A stretch of 46,774 nt of DNA, from the NCBI GenBank assembly GCA_049598495.1, contig JBMYNR010000011.1, positions 1-46,774 of the forward strand, read 5' to 3'. Source of the DNA: Opitutales bacterium (GTDB lineage Bacteria > Verrucomicrobiota > Verrucomicrobiia > Opitutales > Coraliomargaritaceae). Position numbers and translations under genes: made by a program. Positions 26,813 to 36,929 of the stretch are shown here, one piece after another; the stretch's first letter is position 1, and every line of letters starts with the position of its first letter. The notes under the pieces were generated by a model. The model ran no database searches and was not told where the DNA came from. It worked only from the letters and a program-made list of their open reading frames with translations.

Positions 26813-27706
26813 ATGCCGAGGTTTCCGCAGTTTTGTATTCAATACTTGCCCATCATCTTCCTGGGTATGTTGGGGCAATATACGGGGGCACAATCCCTAC
26901 CGAGTGAAAATTCGCTTCAAACGGACAAGCAACTGGTGAGCGAAGCCTATCAACTCTTCGAATCGGGGGAACTCGATGCCGCTCTCACTCAATTCGAGGC
27001 CGCATTGGATAATAACGCGGAGAATCTCTCAGCCCGCATGGGCCAAGCCATGGTATTTTCCGATCTTCAGCACCACGAGAATGCATTCTTATCGTTTGAT
27101 TGTATTGTCCGCCAACACCCAAAGCACGCCTTTGCCTGGAACGGACGCGGATTGGCAGCTTTCAATATGGAGGACTTTGATGAAGCACTCCATTCCTTTC
27201 TCCAGGCCACGACAGAACGACCCGTCAATGGATTTTTCTACGAATCGTTGGCATGGACCCAGATGTGCCGTGGTGAGTATTCGGACGCAGTGAACTCCGC
27301 CAAAATGGCGACGCTGATGTATAACAGGCAACGAGAGAGTTCCGTCTACCCAATCTTGATTGCGTATTTCGCCTATCTCGAGACGGGCGACCGACAGAAT
27401 GCGCAAACGACGTTTCGCTATGCCATACAAAACAAACCTTTAAAGGCTTGGCCTTCGCCGGTGATCGATTATCTCGCAGGTAGTATCAGCGAGTCCGACC
27501 TGATCAGCTCGGTGACCAATACCGCTGAGGAGACCGAAGCACACACCTATATCGGCTTGCACCACCGATCGAAGGACGAAGTCGAGAAGGCGATGCTCCA
27601 TTTGGTTTGGGTTGCCCGCAACGGAGATCCCCGAGTATTTGAGTATACTCTGTCGAGAGCGCTCCAAATTCAAGACGGCATCGCGCTGTTTAGACCCTCG
27701 TTGTGA
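26813..27706 (+). CDS. Exported tetratricopeptide-repeat protein (NlpI-like C-terminus)
   Basis: Signal-like N-terminus; TPR repeats (AWNGRGLA...FDEAL..F..A); C-terminal WP.PVI.YL.G, EAHTYIG, FEY. Confidence 0.8.
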   Translation: MPRFPQFCIQYLPIIFLGMLGQYTGAQSLPSENSLQTDKQLVSEAYQLFESGELDAALTQFEAALDNNAENLSARMGQAMVFSDLQHHENAFLSFDCIVRQHPKHAFAWNGRGLAAFNMEDFDEALHSFLQATTERPVNGFFYESLAWTQMCRGEYSDAVNSAKMATLMYNRQRESSVYPILIAYFAYLETGDRQNAQTTFRYAIQNKPLKAWPSPVIDYLAGSISESDLISSVTNTAEETEAHTYIGLHHRSKDEVEKAMLHLVWVARNGDPRVFEYTLSRALQIQDGIALFRPSL

Positions 27707-28953
27707 CCTTCCGGATGAAGCTGATCGGAACACTGCTCATAGCGACACATCTGCTCACCGCAAAACCTCTCGATCAGATAGAGCCTTGGCGTAGCGCGGA
27801 CGGGCGTCACATAGAAGCCCGTGTTCTCGAAATTGACCCGCATAAAGCCACAGTCCGGATGGAGCGCTCGGACGGCCTCACCTTCACGATCCCCTGGGAT
27901 CGCCTGATCAAGGAAGACATCGAGCGACTACAGAAAAAAGCGAATGGAGCCGCACCGGCTGCGCCAGAAGCCGGTGCGACAGACGATTCAGGTCAAGATG
28001 TCATCGTTTTGCCGGACAAATGGGAGCTGAAAGATGTCCCAATGATCATCCAGAAGGGTAATTTCTGTGTGCCGGCTTCTGCAACAATGATTGCCGGCTT
28101 CCACGGAATCGAGACTGATCAGGATGAAGTCGCTCACCTGTCCTCAGAAATGTCAGCTACGAATCAGGGAACTTACCCCAGTGATATGCTCCTAGCCATG
28201 CACAAGCTCGGCTTTAAGGGAGAATTGCTCAGATGGAAATCGAAGGATGTGTTCTTTAATTCAACGCTCCCGGCCATCCGAAGGGCACTCGTCAAGAAAG
28301 GACCGATCTACATATCCTATCGACCTGGAGTTTTCGGCCAGATGGGTCACGGTTGCGTGATCATCGGTTACAATGATCGACGGGAAGAGATGCACTTCTA
28401 CAATCCCTGGGGAGAGGCGTTCAAAAAGGACTATGCCCGGGTCGCTATCGAAGCCTACGGAGTCGTCTTGATTGACCCACCGATGGCCGCTCCAGTCGCC
28501 ACCGAGCAGTTTGTCCGGGAAATGAAAGCCGTGCTGCCGAAATTCACCGGCAACTTCCTCCAACTCTCCGCGCATCTCAAACAAGCCCATCAAAAACATG
28601 AGCTCGTCTGGTGTAGCCGGCGCGACAAACGCGACGACAGCCGATTCGCTCGAAACACCGCTCGCGAGGACGGACGGAAAATTCTGGAACTGGCATTTGA
28701 ACGGAATCCCGCCGTGATGATCCCCCATAGCAATGACGGTAAAATCCAGAAATACTATTTCGTGACTCGCCCTCCCCAAGGCGGTGCCCGCTTCCTCGTG
28801 CGCGTAATTGACGAGATGGGCTGGAGCGAGCCTGAACTCTACACTCTGGGCAGCTTGACACGCAATTGGGCCAGTTCATTTCCGCTCGAAAACAGCCCAG
28901 GGGAATTTTGGGAATTGCCCATGATCGAGTTGCATCCCACGACAAGCCTGTAA
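27703..28953 (+). CDS. Exported SHD1-domain plus C39-like (papain-fold) cysteine peptidase protein
   Basis: SHD1-like W.SADGR.IEA...L..ED; catalytic-type Q..NFCVPAS, GHGCVIIGY, YNPWG; unassigned C-terminal domain. GTG start. Confidence 0.75.
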   Translation: MTFRMKLIGTLLIATHLLTAKPLDQIEPWRSADGRHIEARVLEIDPHKATVRMERSDGLTFTIPWDRLIKEDIERLQKKANGAAPAAPEAGATDDSGQDVIVLPDKWELKDVPMIIQKGNFCVPASATMIAGFHGIETDQDEVAHLSSEMSATNQGTYPSDMLLAMHKLGFKGELLRWKSKDVFFNSTLPAIRRALVKKGPIYISYRPGVFGQMGHGCVIIGYNDRREEMHFYNPWGEAFKKDYARVAIEAYGVVLIDPPMAAPVATEQFVREMKAVLPKFTGNFLQLSAHLKQAHQKHELVWCSRRDKRDDSRFARNTAREDGRKILELAFERNPAVMIPHSNDGKIQKYYFVTRPPQGGARFLVRVIDEMGWSEPELYTLGSLTRNWASSFPLENSPGEFWELPMIELHPTTSL

Positions 28954-28965
28954 GCCTACTTCACT

Positions 28966-29772
28966 ATGAAATTTCTGGACAAACTCGAGAAGCGCTTCGG
29001 CTTTCTGGCCGTGGCTAATGTCGCCCTCACATTGATCGTTGCCCAACTCTTCATCTATGCAGCCATCTTAATCGGACGAGTCGATATGGCCTCGATCGTC
29101 CTCATTCCAAAAGCTGTTTTCGACGGTGAATGGTGGCGCCTGGCCTCCTTTCTCATCGCCCCGCCCTATGTCGCAGGTACCATGTTTCAGGCACTCTTCC
29201 TCGCCTTCTTTTGGTATATTTTCTGGATGATGAGTCAGAACCTCGAGGCAGCCTGGGGCGTTTTTCGATTCAATGTATACCTACTCGCCACCATCGTATT
29301 CGCTGTGGCCGGAGCATTTGTCGGACAAATCATTTCACCCACCGGCACCATCACGGCCTCAACCACCTTCCTGTATTATTCGCTCTTCTTCGCCTTCGCA
29401 ACCATCAACCCAAATATCCAGTTCCTCATCTTCTTTGTGATCCCGATGAAGGTAAAATGGCTTGCGTGGATTATCCTCGGCTTCGCTTTTCTAGCCTTTA
29501 TCAGTATGCCGAGCATCGGGCACAGAATTGCTTTTGCAGCTCCATTTCTTGGCTATCTGCTCTTCTTCAAGGATGCTTTCAAGCAGTCCGCAGAGAGCCG
29601 AAAACGGCGTGCCCAGTTCGAGAGACAACGCCGCCAATATGCCGATGAAGCCCTGCACACCTGTTCGGTCTGCGGGGCCAGCGATAAGACGCATCCGGAA
29701 CGCGAGTTTCGCTATAAGGTCGTGCCCCGGGATACCGTCTGCATTTGCGAAGTCTGCCGCGAAAAGAAATAG
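28966..29772 (+). CDS. Rhomboid/Derlin-like membrane protein with C-terminal Cys-rich (zinc-finger-like) tail
   Basis: GEWWRLASF, LE..WG.FRFN.Y, F.IP.KVKWL; no GxSG; tail HTCSVCG...CICEVC. Confidence 0.7.
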   Translation: MKFLDKLEKRFGFLAVANVALTLIVAQLFIYAAILIGRVDMASIVLIPKAVFDGEWWRLASFLIAPPYVAGTMFQALFLAFFWYIFWMMSQNLEAAWGVFRFNVYLLATIVFAVAGAFVGQIISPTGTITASTTFLYYSLFFAFATINPNIQFLIFFVIPMKVKWLAWIILGFAFLAFISMPSIGHRIAFAAPFLGYLLFFKDAFKQSAESRKRRAQFERQRRQYADEALHTCSVCGASDKTHPEREFRYKVVPRDTVCICEVCREKK

Positions 29773-29803
29773 AGCGGAGACTCTCGCCTCCGCCCCACGA
29801 CTC

Positions 29804-30181
29804 CTAACTAATCTTGATCTTGCGCGGCTTGACTTCTTCTGCCTTCGGTAGCGTGAGATCCAGCACTCCGTTTTCAACACACGCCTTGATCTTTGACTCG
29901 TTGACGGGAACGTTTAGCCGTAAACCGAGGCGGAAGTCACCATCGGCGATTTCACGCCGAAGCGGGTGCCAACCTTCGGGTATAGCATGGTCCCGCCGTC
30001 CTGTCACAGTGAGGGTGTCTTTCTCAATCGAGATATCGACCTGTTCACGTTCGACTCCGGGAAGGGAGACACGTATGCTGAACGCGTCGTCACTTTCCCT
30101 CACATCATAGCTTGGGCGTTGCCAGCGCTTAGAGCTTGCAGACACTTTGCTTGTGTCAGTGGTTTCTAGTTCTGTCTTCAT
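29804..30181 (-). CDS. Small heat-shock protein (Hsp20/alpha-crystallin)
   Basis: P.YDVRE, LPGV, L.V.G.R, A..ENGVL.LTLPK.EE.KPRKI. Confidence 0.95.
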   Translation of the reverse strand: MKTELETTDTSKVSASSKRWQRPSYDVRESDDAFSIRVSLPGVEREQVDISIEKDTLTVTGRRDHAIPEGWHPLRREIADGDFRLGLRLNVPVNESKIKACVENGVLDLTLPKAEEVKPRKIKIS

Positions 30182-30204
30182 TTCAATGACTCCTGGGTTA
30201 TGTG

Positions 30205-30636
30205 TTATCGGACGTTGATTTGTCTTGGCTTGTGGCTTTCCGCCTTCGGCATCGTGACCATGAGGATGCCATCTTTCATTTCAGCCGAGACCTTTTCGAG
30301 AGCCACACCGTCTGGCACGGAGATCGAACGCTCGAATTGCGTTCGAGAGACTTTCGATTCTTCTTCTGCTTCCTCTTCGCCGGTAATCGTCAGAACGGAG
30401 TTTTCAAGCTCCAGATCTACCTGATCCTTACGGATTCCAGGTAGCTCAAAACGAACATAGAAGTTGTGCTCGTCTTCATAGAGATCCACGGCGGGTTGAT
30501 GATAGCCGACAGTGTCGCCAAGAAAGTCGCCAAGTAGTGACTCAAAGCGCCCAACTGTAGGAGCGCCCAAGTCAAAGAGACGATTGAAGGCGGCCGATGC
30601 CTGCGTTTGCGGATATGCATATCGTATGAGTTTCAT
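30205..30636 (-). CDS. Small heat-shock protein (Hsp20/alpha-crystallin)
   Basis: PAVDLYED, ELPGI, FERSISVP, A..KDGIL.VT.PKAE..KPRQI. Confidence 0.95.
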   Translation of the reverse strand: MKLIRYAYPQTQASAAFNRLFDLGAPTVGRFESLLGDFLGDTVGYHQPAVDLYEDEHNFYVRFELPGIRKDQVDLELENSVLTITGEEEAEEESKVSRTQFERSISVPDGVALEKVSAEMKDGILMVTMPKAESHKPRQINVR

Positions 30637-30678
30637 GGTGATGTTTCCTTTCTTTTACTTTGTGTGCACCTTTAATAA

Positions 30679-30695
30679 TGCATTCGACATGCCAA
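30679..30695 (-). promoter_or_regulatory. Sigma-54 (-24/-12) promoter of the hsp20 pair
   Basis: Minus strand TTGGCATGTCGAATGCA (GG-N10-GC), about 43 nt upstream of the ATG at 30636. Confidence 0.7.
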
Positions 30696-30759
30696 GCACC
30701 CGAAAGAGCATAAGTCACCCTGCATCTGCAACTTGCAAACCTAACGACCTTTTCTTAAA

Positions 30760-30822
30760 GCGCCACATTGGCACAATCCTAGGCACAACTAAACCTACCT
30801 GTAAAATAGTGGCACTATGACA
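30760..30822. promoter_or_regulatory. Candidate enhancer-binding-protein sites upstream of the sigma-54 promoter
   Basis: Dyads GCGCCA-CAT-TGGCAC (30760-30774) and TGGCA-CTA-TGACA (30810-30822). Confidence 0.5.
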
Positions 30823-30835
30823 GACCGAGAAGTGC

Positions 30836-31789
30836 TTAACTCAATACACCAAGCATATAATCCCGCGAAGCCTTCACTTCATCCACGCTCAATGCCGGAC
30901 TTAGCTCGAGAACAAGGGTATGCTCCGGACGGACAAACTCGGAAACCATTTTAAAATCGATTGTGCCTGTTCCCGGCACTTGGTGATCCCGCCCCGCTTC
31001 CGAAACATCATGCAGGTGGAATCCACCAAGTCGTGGGGCCATTTTTTCCAGATGCTTCCGGTGGTCGAGTAAGCCAAGCTGATGCTTAATCTGGGCGTGG
31101 CCGGTATCATGCCAGTAGACAGCAAATTCAGGCTCAGCCAAATCCCGAAGAAAGTCATCGTATTCATTGTCGAGCGGCATTTCCTCCATGCTCTCGCGAT
31201 TCTCGAGGCATAATTGAATCCCACGGGACTTAGCCTCTGGAAGGAGCCGCTTGTAATTGGCCTTGATACGGGGCATCGCACGCTCCGCGTGCTTGCGGAT
31301 TGGCTTCATCGCCCGATCCCGCCTCTTATTGAATGCACGACTTTCAGTGAGCAAATGGGCTGAAATTTCCGATTGATCGATCCACTTCTCCAAGCGGCGC
31401 TCGGCTGACCAAAAGAAAAAGTAAATACTCCCCGAATGCATGACGACGCGCTTAGCCCCCAATCTAGAAGCAAAATCAAGCGTCTGTAGCGAGTAGCGAA
31501 ACCACAAGTCACATTCGCGGGAGTCGACAGAAGAGGGCTCATAAAGGTTAGGAGCGGCATGTTGCACGCTCCCGGGTAAGGGGCAGAAATTGTGCGTAGA
31601 AGAGATTTGCACGATCCCTTCTTCAACTGCTTTAAGGATCCCCGGCACCAGCGAGATACGAATCCCGTGACTCAACTCGATACGCCTGAATCCGAGCCCG
31701 ACCATTTCCTCGACCATTTCGTAGCCATCCGTGTGCCGACCAGAACACCAGCAACTGGACAAAGATAGACGATCGAGTATATTCGACAT
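30836..31789 (-). CDS. Sugar-phosphate isomerase/epimerase-like TIM barrel (AP endonuclease 2 family)
   Basis: IELSHG, STHNFCP, VVMHSG, LENRE, WHDTGHA, HLHDV, DHQVPG.G, LEL.P. Confidence 0.85.
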   Translation of the reverse strand: MSNILDRLSLSSCWCSGRHTDGYEMVEEMVGLGFRRIELSHGIRISLVPGILKAVEEGIVQISSTHNFCPLPGSVQHAAPNLYEPSSVDSRECDLWFRYSLQTLDFASRLGAKRVVMHSGSIYFFFWSAERRLEKWIDQSEISAHLLTESRAFNKRRDRAMKPIRKHAERAMPRIKANYKRLLPEAKSRGIQLCLENRESMEEMPLDNEYDDFLRDLAEPEFAVYWHDTGHAQIKHQLGLLDHRKHLEKMAPRLGGFHLHDVSEAGRDHQVPGTGTIDFKMVSEFVRPEHTLVLELSPALSVDEVKASRDYMLGVLS

Positions 31790-31879
31790 AATTCTCTACA
31801 AAAAATCCCGGCGCGTAACACGCGAACCGGGATAGAGTAAGGCGCAAGTATGAGTCACCCGCAACCTCGAATGAAAAAA

Positions 31880-32080
31880 CTACATATTCGAGTAACGCAC
31901 ACGGAGCATATTATTAAAATCAAGCTCCTTCTTTTTGCGGCGCTTCGCCTGTGCAGGCTTCACGAAATAACGCTTCGCACGAACATCGCGAATGACACCC
32001 TCACGGTCGAGGCGCTTCTTAAGACGGCGGAGCGCACGTTCCATGGGCTCACCCTTGCGGACTTTAACTTCTAGTGACAT
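31880..32080 (-). CDS. rpsU: 30S ribosomal protein S21
   Basis: EVKVRKGEPMERALRRLKK...RYFVKP...RRKK; start trimmed to ATG 32080. Confidence 0.95.
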   Translation of the reverse strand: MSLEVKVRKGEPMERALRRLKKRLDREGVIRDVRAKRYFVKPAQAKRRKKKELDFNNMLRVRYSNM

Positions 32081-32149
32081 ATAAATAAATATTCGGTGTA
32101 TTAAAAAGGCGGTGACCATGCCCGCTGAGGCTTGGCCGTCAACCCTTTT

Positions 32150-33370
32150 TTAACCAAGCGTTAACGACACAACATTCTCGATATGACGGGTATGCGGGAA
32201 CAAGTCGAAGGGCTGAATTCGTGTCATTCGATAGCCGCCCTCGATAAATTCCTTTAGATCTCTCGCCTGCGTCGCCGGGTCGCAGGACACGTAGACCAGG
32301 CGCTTCGGTCTGTATTCGAGCAACTGACGGCGGAAGCTCTCGTCGCAACCCTTCCGGGGCGGGTCGATCACTAGGGCGGTCTCCTCGGGAGGAAATTTTA
32401 GGCCTTTAAAAATTGCCTCGGCCTTTCCGATGACGAAACGTGCGTTGCTGATACCACTAATCTTACAATTAGCCTGCGCCCACCGCACAGCAGGTTCACT
32501 AATTTCAACGCCTGCCACCTGCTCAAAGGCCTTCGCCGTGGATAGCGCGAATAAACCGACCCCACAATAGGCGTCCACCAAATATCGCGCGCCTTCCGCC
32601 GCAGCTTCAGTCGCCACATACTCGACCATGTCAGGAAGAATGTAGGGATTGTTCTGGAAGAATTCTCCCGCTTTGAATTGAAAGGTGACCTCCCCTACTC
32701 GCTCCGAAACAATTTCCTGCGGGTCCGTCACCACTCCTTCAAGGACGTCACGCATCAGGAGCGTGCCTCCTCGCTGCCGGCGTTTTTTGCCCCCGGCTCG
32801 TTTCGCCTCATCACGGGCCTCCGGTAGCGCTGCGTTGATATTCTCCGTAGCAATGGGACAAGCCTCCACGTCAATGATCTGGTTGCGGCGTCCATATTGA
32901 AGGAAACCGATCGGCTGAGAGCCATCACGCTCCGGGCGGTTATAATGCGGTGTGATCTTCGAACGGTAGTGGTAAACCTGAGGCGAGCCATGAGAGAGTT
33001 CGACCGGGTGCTCAATACCACCAAGCTTGGTCATGAGTTCCTCCACATGGCCGGTCTTTTCTCGAAGCTGTCGTGCATAGCTAATGTGCTGGTATTGACA
33101 ACCACCACACTTCGTAAAGAGCGGACACTTTGGCTCAACCCTGTCCGGAGAGGCCTCCAGAATCTCAAGCAGGTCCGCGTCCGAGTAATTTTGGAAGTTC
33201 CGGAAAATCCGCGCGCGCACGCGCTCCCCTGGAATCACGAACGGAACCATCACCACCCATCCGTCAACACGCCCAACCCCGACACCGAGATTGGTTAGGC
33301 TCTCAATCGTCAACTCGAGCTCTTGATGATAATCAAAAGGTTCGGCGACAAAATTTTTTGGCACTTGCAT
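32150..33370 (-). CDS. TRAM-domain RNA (uracil-5)-methyltransferase, RlmD/TrmA family
   Basis: TRAM N-terminus, CPLFTKCGGCQYQ, FFQNN, DAYCGVG, DPPRKG, YVSCDP, DLFPHT.HIE. Start trimmed to MQVPKN. Confidence 0.93.
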   Translation of the reverse strand: MQVPKNFVAEPFDYHQELELTIESLTNLGVGVGRVDGWVVMVPFVIPGERVRARIFRNFQNYSDADLLEILEASPDRVEPKCPLFTKCGGCQYQHISYARQLREKTGHVEELMTKLGGIEHPVELSHGSPQVYHYRSKITPHYNRPERDGSQPIGFLQYGRRNQIIDVEACPIATENINAALPEARDEAKRAGGKKRRQRGGTLLMRDVLEGVVTDPQEIVSERVGEVTFQFKAGEFFQNNPYILPDMVEYVATEAAAEGARYLVDAYCGVGLFALSTAKAFEQVAGVEISEPAVRWAQANCKISGISNARFVIGKAEAIFKGLKFPPEETALVIDPPRKGCDESFRRQLLEYRPKRLVYVSCDPATQARDLKEFIEGGYRMTRIQPFDLFPHTRHIENVVSLTLG

Positions 33371-33431
33371 CCACATGCCCTCCCGTATGCTTAGGCTCCC
33401 TGCAATCCAAAAATTTCCAGCAATCGTATTC

Positions 33432-34268
33432 ATGGAGGAAAAGTATATACAAAGTCGCCAAAACGAGCAGGTCAAAAATCTGGTCAAACTGCGCGAGCGC
33501 AAGCACCGAGACCGGCAGGGGCGCTTCCTCGTCGAGGGTCTACGGGAAATCAGCCATGCCATTGCCGCCGGCTTCGAAATGACTCATTTGTATATCTGCC
33601 CGGAGTTCTTCCCCAGCGATGCGCATACCGAATTCATGAAAGAGGTCGGCAAGTCGGTAACACTTCCGTTCATTCGAATGAGTGAGGATGCCTTTACTAA
33701 AGCTTCGCATCGGGAAGGCCCGGATGGGCTCATAGCGATCGGAATCCAGCAAAGCAATTCCCTTGAAGATCTCGCCCCCGGAGAGGCGCCCCTCCTTCTG
33801 CTCATTGAGGGGATCGAAAAGCCCGGGAATCTGGGTGCGATTCTTCGCAGCGCCGATGGCGCGGGCGTCGACGCCGTTATCTTGGTTGACTGCGTCCTCG
33901 ATCTCTACAACCCGAATGCGATACGTTCCTCACAGGGTCTGGTGTTCGCCCTTCCCGTCGTTGCAGCGGATAGACTCACTCTTTCAGAATGGTTGGGAAA
34001 GCACGGAATCCAGTGTTGCGCAACAACTCCGGACACAGATCAGTTCCACTGGGACATCAATTATCGGGCCGGAACCGCCCTGCTTATGGGTAGCGAGCGT
34101 GACGGCTTGAGCGAATTCTGGCTGGACCGCGCCGAGCAGAAAGTTCGGATACCAATGAAAGGTCAGGCGGATTCCCTCAATGTCGCAGCAGCGGCGGCCG
34201 TATGCCTCTACGAGGCCCGTCGCCAGAGGGACCAGCGCTCCTCCTACAAGCACATTACATTTAGTTAG
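33432..34268 (+). CDS. TrmH/SpoU-family RNA 2'-O-methyltransferase
   Basis: FLVEG.RE, KPGNLGAILRSA, GSERDGL, IPM.G..DSLNVA. Start trimmed to ATG 33432. Confidence 0.94.
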   Translation: MEEKYIQSRQNEQVKNLVKLRERKHRDRQGRFLVEGLREISHAIAAGFEMTHLYICPEFFPSDAHTEFMKEVGKSVTLPFIRMSEDAFTKASHREGPDGLIAIGIQQSNSLEDLAPGEAPLLLLIEGIEKPGNLGAILRSADGAGVDAVILVDCVLDLYNPNAIRSSQGLVFALPVVAADRLTLSEWLGKHGIQCCATTPDTDQFHWDINYRAGTALLMGSERDGLSEFWLDRAEQKVRIPMKGQADSLNVAAAAAVCLYEARRQRDQRSSYKHITFS

Positions 34269-35236
34269 AACCTCTGGGGAGAGCCGTTTCGAGAGCCGCG
34301 CAAGGCTGCTTGGGTATGCCCGTGACCGTTGTTGATATCAAGATAGACCATCCGGTGGTCACTCGCGGTCATCACGCCCGATACATCAGCGATACGCCCG
34401 CTGCCCGCGACAATAGAAGACAACATCACGGGTGAAGCGATAAAGCCGTCGATCAACTCGTAGCGCGACTCCTTCTCATAATAATAGGTCCAGACCTCTC
34501 CCCGACTGTCTGTTGCCCGAACCAGTGAGCCGATCTCCAGATCCCCTCGTCGATAGAAACGTCGAAGCGGTGCACTCTTGGGATGATCATTGAAGTCACC
34601 CGCTATAATATAGTGAGCCTGCCCTGCCTCGTGAGTGCGCTCGATAATACGATTTCGACAGGCCTCCGCCTCTCCCGTGCGACGCATCCGTGATAAAGCA
34701 TCTTCTTTATTGTCCGTATAGCGGCTCTTGAGATGCACCGCAAAGAGCTTGAAGGTGAAACCACCGCCCAGTTCAAAACTCGCTTCCAGCATCCCGCGCT
34801 TCACACGCTCGCGACCTTCGAAATACTTGAAATCAAGATCGCGATGCTTGACCACCTCCATCGGCTTGAGCTTCGACAGAATGGCGAGATGACGGTCGGG
34901 ATCCGTTCCACTCATATGTATCGCCTGAGTATAGTGCTGGCCCTCGCGAGCCAAATCCACCCGCAGTTCTTCAAGAAAATCGACCGTCCCCATCTCCTGG
35001 AGGACCAAAATGTCCGGCTGGACCGAACGAATCACTTGCCTGATCATCGACTTCTCATTCTCGGGCTTAGGGTAAGCTGGGCACCAACGAGGGCCCACGC
35101 TCCGATCCATTACGAGATAGTTTTCGAGATTATAGGTCGCCACCCTTACCCGCTCATCATCCGCCCATACACAGGAGGAAATCGCCGATAAGAGAAGGCA
35201 GAAAAACAGGATACGCTTAAACCGGCGCAAAACCAT
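34265..35236 (-). CDS. Exported endonuclease/exonuclease/phosphatase family protein
   Basis: Signal peptide, ATYNLEN, LVLQE, VHLKS, AGDFND, IDG, SDHRMV. Confidence 0.92.
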   Translation of the reverse strand: MVLRRFKRILFFCLLLSAISSCVWADDERVRVATYNLENYLVMDRSVGPRWCPAYPKPENEKSMIRQVIRSVQPDILVLQEMGTVDFLEELRVDLAREGQHYTQAIHMSGTDPDRHLAILSKLKPMEVVKHRDLDFKYFEGRERVKRGMLEASFELGGGFTFKLFAVHLKSRYTDNKEDALSRMRRTGEAEACRNRIIERTHEAGQAHYIIAGDFNDHPKSAPLRRFYRRGDLEIGSLVRATDSRGEVWTYYYEKESRYELIDGFIASPVMLSSIVAGSGRIADVSGVMTASDHRMVYLDINNGHGHTQAALRGSRNGSPQRF

Positions 35237-35241
35237 TCGGT

Positions 35242-36504
35242 TTAGATGGTAGGTCGCTCCTCCCGCAAAGAGGCTTCCCGCTCTACCAGAGTAGGATGAG
35301 AATAATGGAAACTGCTATAAATCGGGTGCGGCGTCAGATTACTAAGGTTCTCCTTATGCAATTTACGCAGTGCTCTTGAAAGCGGGGCAGAATCGCCCAT
35401 TGCATCCCTCGCAAAGGCGTCGGCTTCATATTCATGCTTTCGAGACAAGCGCGACGTAAGCGGTGAAAGCCAGAAAGTAATCAAAGTAGTGAGTAGCATG
35501 AAGAGTAGCAAAACCGGCACGATCTTTCCGTGTGCACTCGCGTCAAAATAGAAGGCGTCAGTAAACCAGTCAGCATTCGCCAACCAGCCAAGCACCGCGA
35601 ACATACCGAATGAAGTAAGCCCGGAGAGTGCGATCATTTTGGGGACATGTCCTAGTTGATAGTGGCCAATCTCGTGCGCCAATACGGCCTCCAACTCCTC
35701 CTCTTCCATCTGCTCGATGAGAGTATCAAAAAGGACAATACGGCGAAACTTCCCAAAGCCGGCAAAAAACGCATTTGAGTGCCCAGAACGCTTGCTGCCA
35801 TCCATCACGAGTATGGTCTGCGCCTTAAAACCCGTGCGGTCGGCCAAAGCAAATAGGCGGCGCTTAAGCCCCCCTTCCTCCATCGGCTCCAACTTATTAA
35901 ATAGTGGCATGATGAACATGGGATAGACCACCACCATGACCAGTTGGAAGAGGAAGAAAACCGTAAAGCCCCAAACCCACCAAAGCGGCCCTACTGCATC
36001 AACGAGAAAAATCAGAAGCGCGAGCAAAGGATAGCCGATGATGAAGCCAATCACGGCCCCCTTGAGTTTGTCCACCACCCACAACTGCTTCGTGCTCTTA
36101 TTGAAGCCGAAGCGCTCCTCTAGGTTAAAGGTCGACCACCAATCAAACGGGAGGGACGGCAGGCTAAGAATGAGACTCGTTATAAAGAGCACCAAGGCTT
36201 GTCCCCATACACTCATCCCGAACCAAGAGGAAAACAGCTCGTAGAACCACGGCAGGATGCCCAGTAACAGGACAGCCGCCAGAACCACCGCGTTATAGAG
36301 ATCGGACACGATGCCGAAATGCGTCTTTGCCGCCGTATAATCGACGGACTTACGGTAGGTCGGTAGATCCATGAAATCCCGGAAACTATCCGGAACCTCA
36401 GCAGAACGCGCCTTCGCGTAGCGCAGGTTAAGCAGATCCAATGCAATGCTGGCGCCCAACTTAAGAATGAGAAGCAGAACAAAAGTGATTAAAAGAGTAT
36501 TCAT
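35242..36504 (-). CDS. M48 family (Ste24-like) membrane zinc metallopeptidase
   Basis: [42 protein letters not shown]. Confidence 0.95.
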   Translation of the reverse strand: MNTLLITFVLLLILKLGASIALDLLNLRYAKARSAEVPDSFRDFMDLPTYRKSVDYTAAKTHFGIVSDLYNAVVLAAVLLLGILPWFYELFSSWFGMSVWGQALVLFITSLILSLPSLPFDWWSTFNLEERFGFNKSTKQLWVVDKLKGAVIGFIIGYPLLALLIFLVDAVGPLWWVWGFTVFFLFQLVMVVVYPMFIMPLFNKLEPMEEGGLKRRLFALADRTGFKAQTILVMDGSKRSGHSNAFFAGFGKFRRIVLFDTLIEQMEEEELEAVLAHEIGHYQLGHVPKMIALSGLTSFGMFAVLGWLANADWFTDAFYFDASAHGKIVPVLLLFMLLTTLITFWLSPLTSRLSRKHEYEADAFARDAMGDSAPLSRALRKLHKENLSNLTPHPIYSSFHYSHPTLVEREASLREERPTI

Positions 36505-36548
36505 GAACAATTCTATGCGTTCAGATGCGGCAAAAGACTAGACAATGA

Positions 36549-36914
36549 CTAGAGGGCCAGTTCCGGGGCATCCTTCCAGAGGCGGTCAAGTCGGTAAAAC
36601 TCACGCTGTTCTTCAGTCTGCAGGTGCACCATAAAATCAAAGGCATCCACAACCAGCCAGCCACTACCGAGAGCCCGGTCTTCTCCGATCAATTGCACAT
36701 CGGCCTCTTTCAGCGCAGCATCGAGCGAAACCTTCAACGCCTTGAGGTGAGGGTCGGAAGTGCCCGTCGCCAAAATCAAATAATCGGTAATCGAGGATTT
36801 TCCGCGAACATCAAGAACCCTGACGGATTCACCTTTTTTATCGTCGATGGCTGCCAGTGCACAACGCATCTGCTCGAAGGTTCGATTCTCCGTTTTCTTT
36901 CCTTTAGTCGTCAT
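36549..36914 (-). CDS. rsfS: Ribosome silencing factor
   Basis: DKKG..V.VLDV...SITDY.ILATG, W.VVD..D..VH, R.FY.L..LW. Confidence 0.95.
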   Translation of the reverse strand: MTTKGKKTENRTFEQMRCALAAIDDKKGESVRVLDVRGKSSITDYLILATGTSDPHLKALKVSLDAALKEADVQLIGEDRALGSGWLVVDAFDFMVHLQTEEQREFYRLDRLWKDAPELAL

Positions 36915-36929
36915 GAATATGGGTATTTG

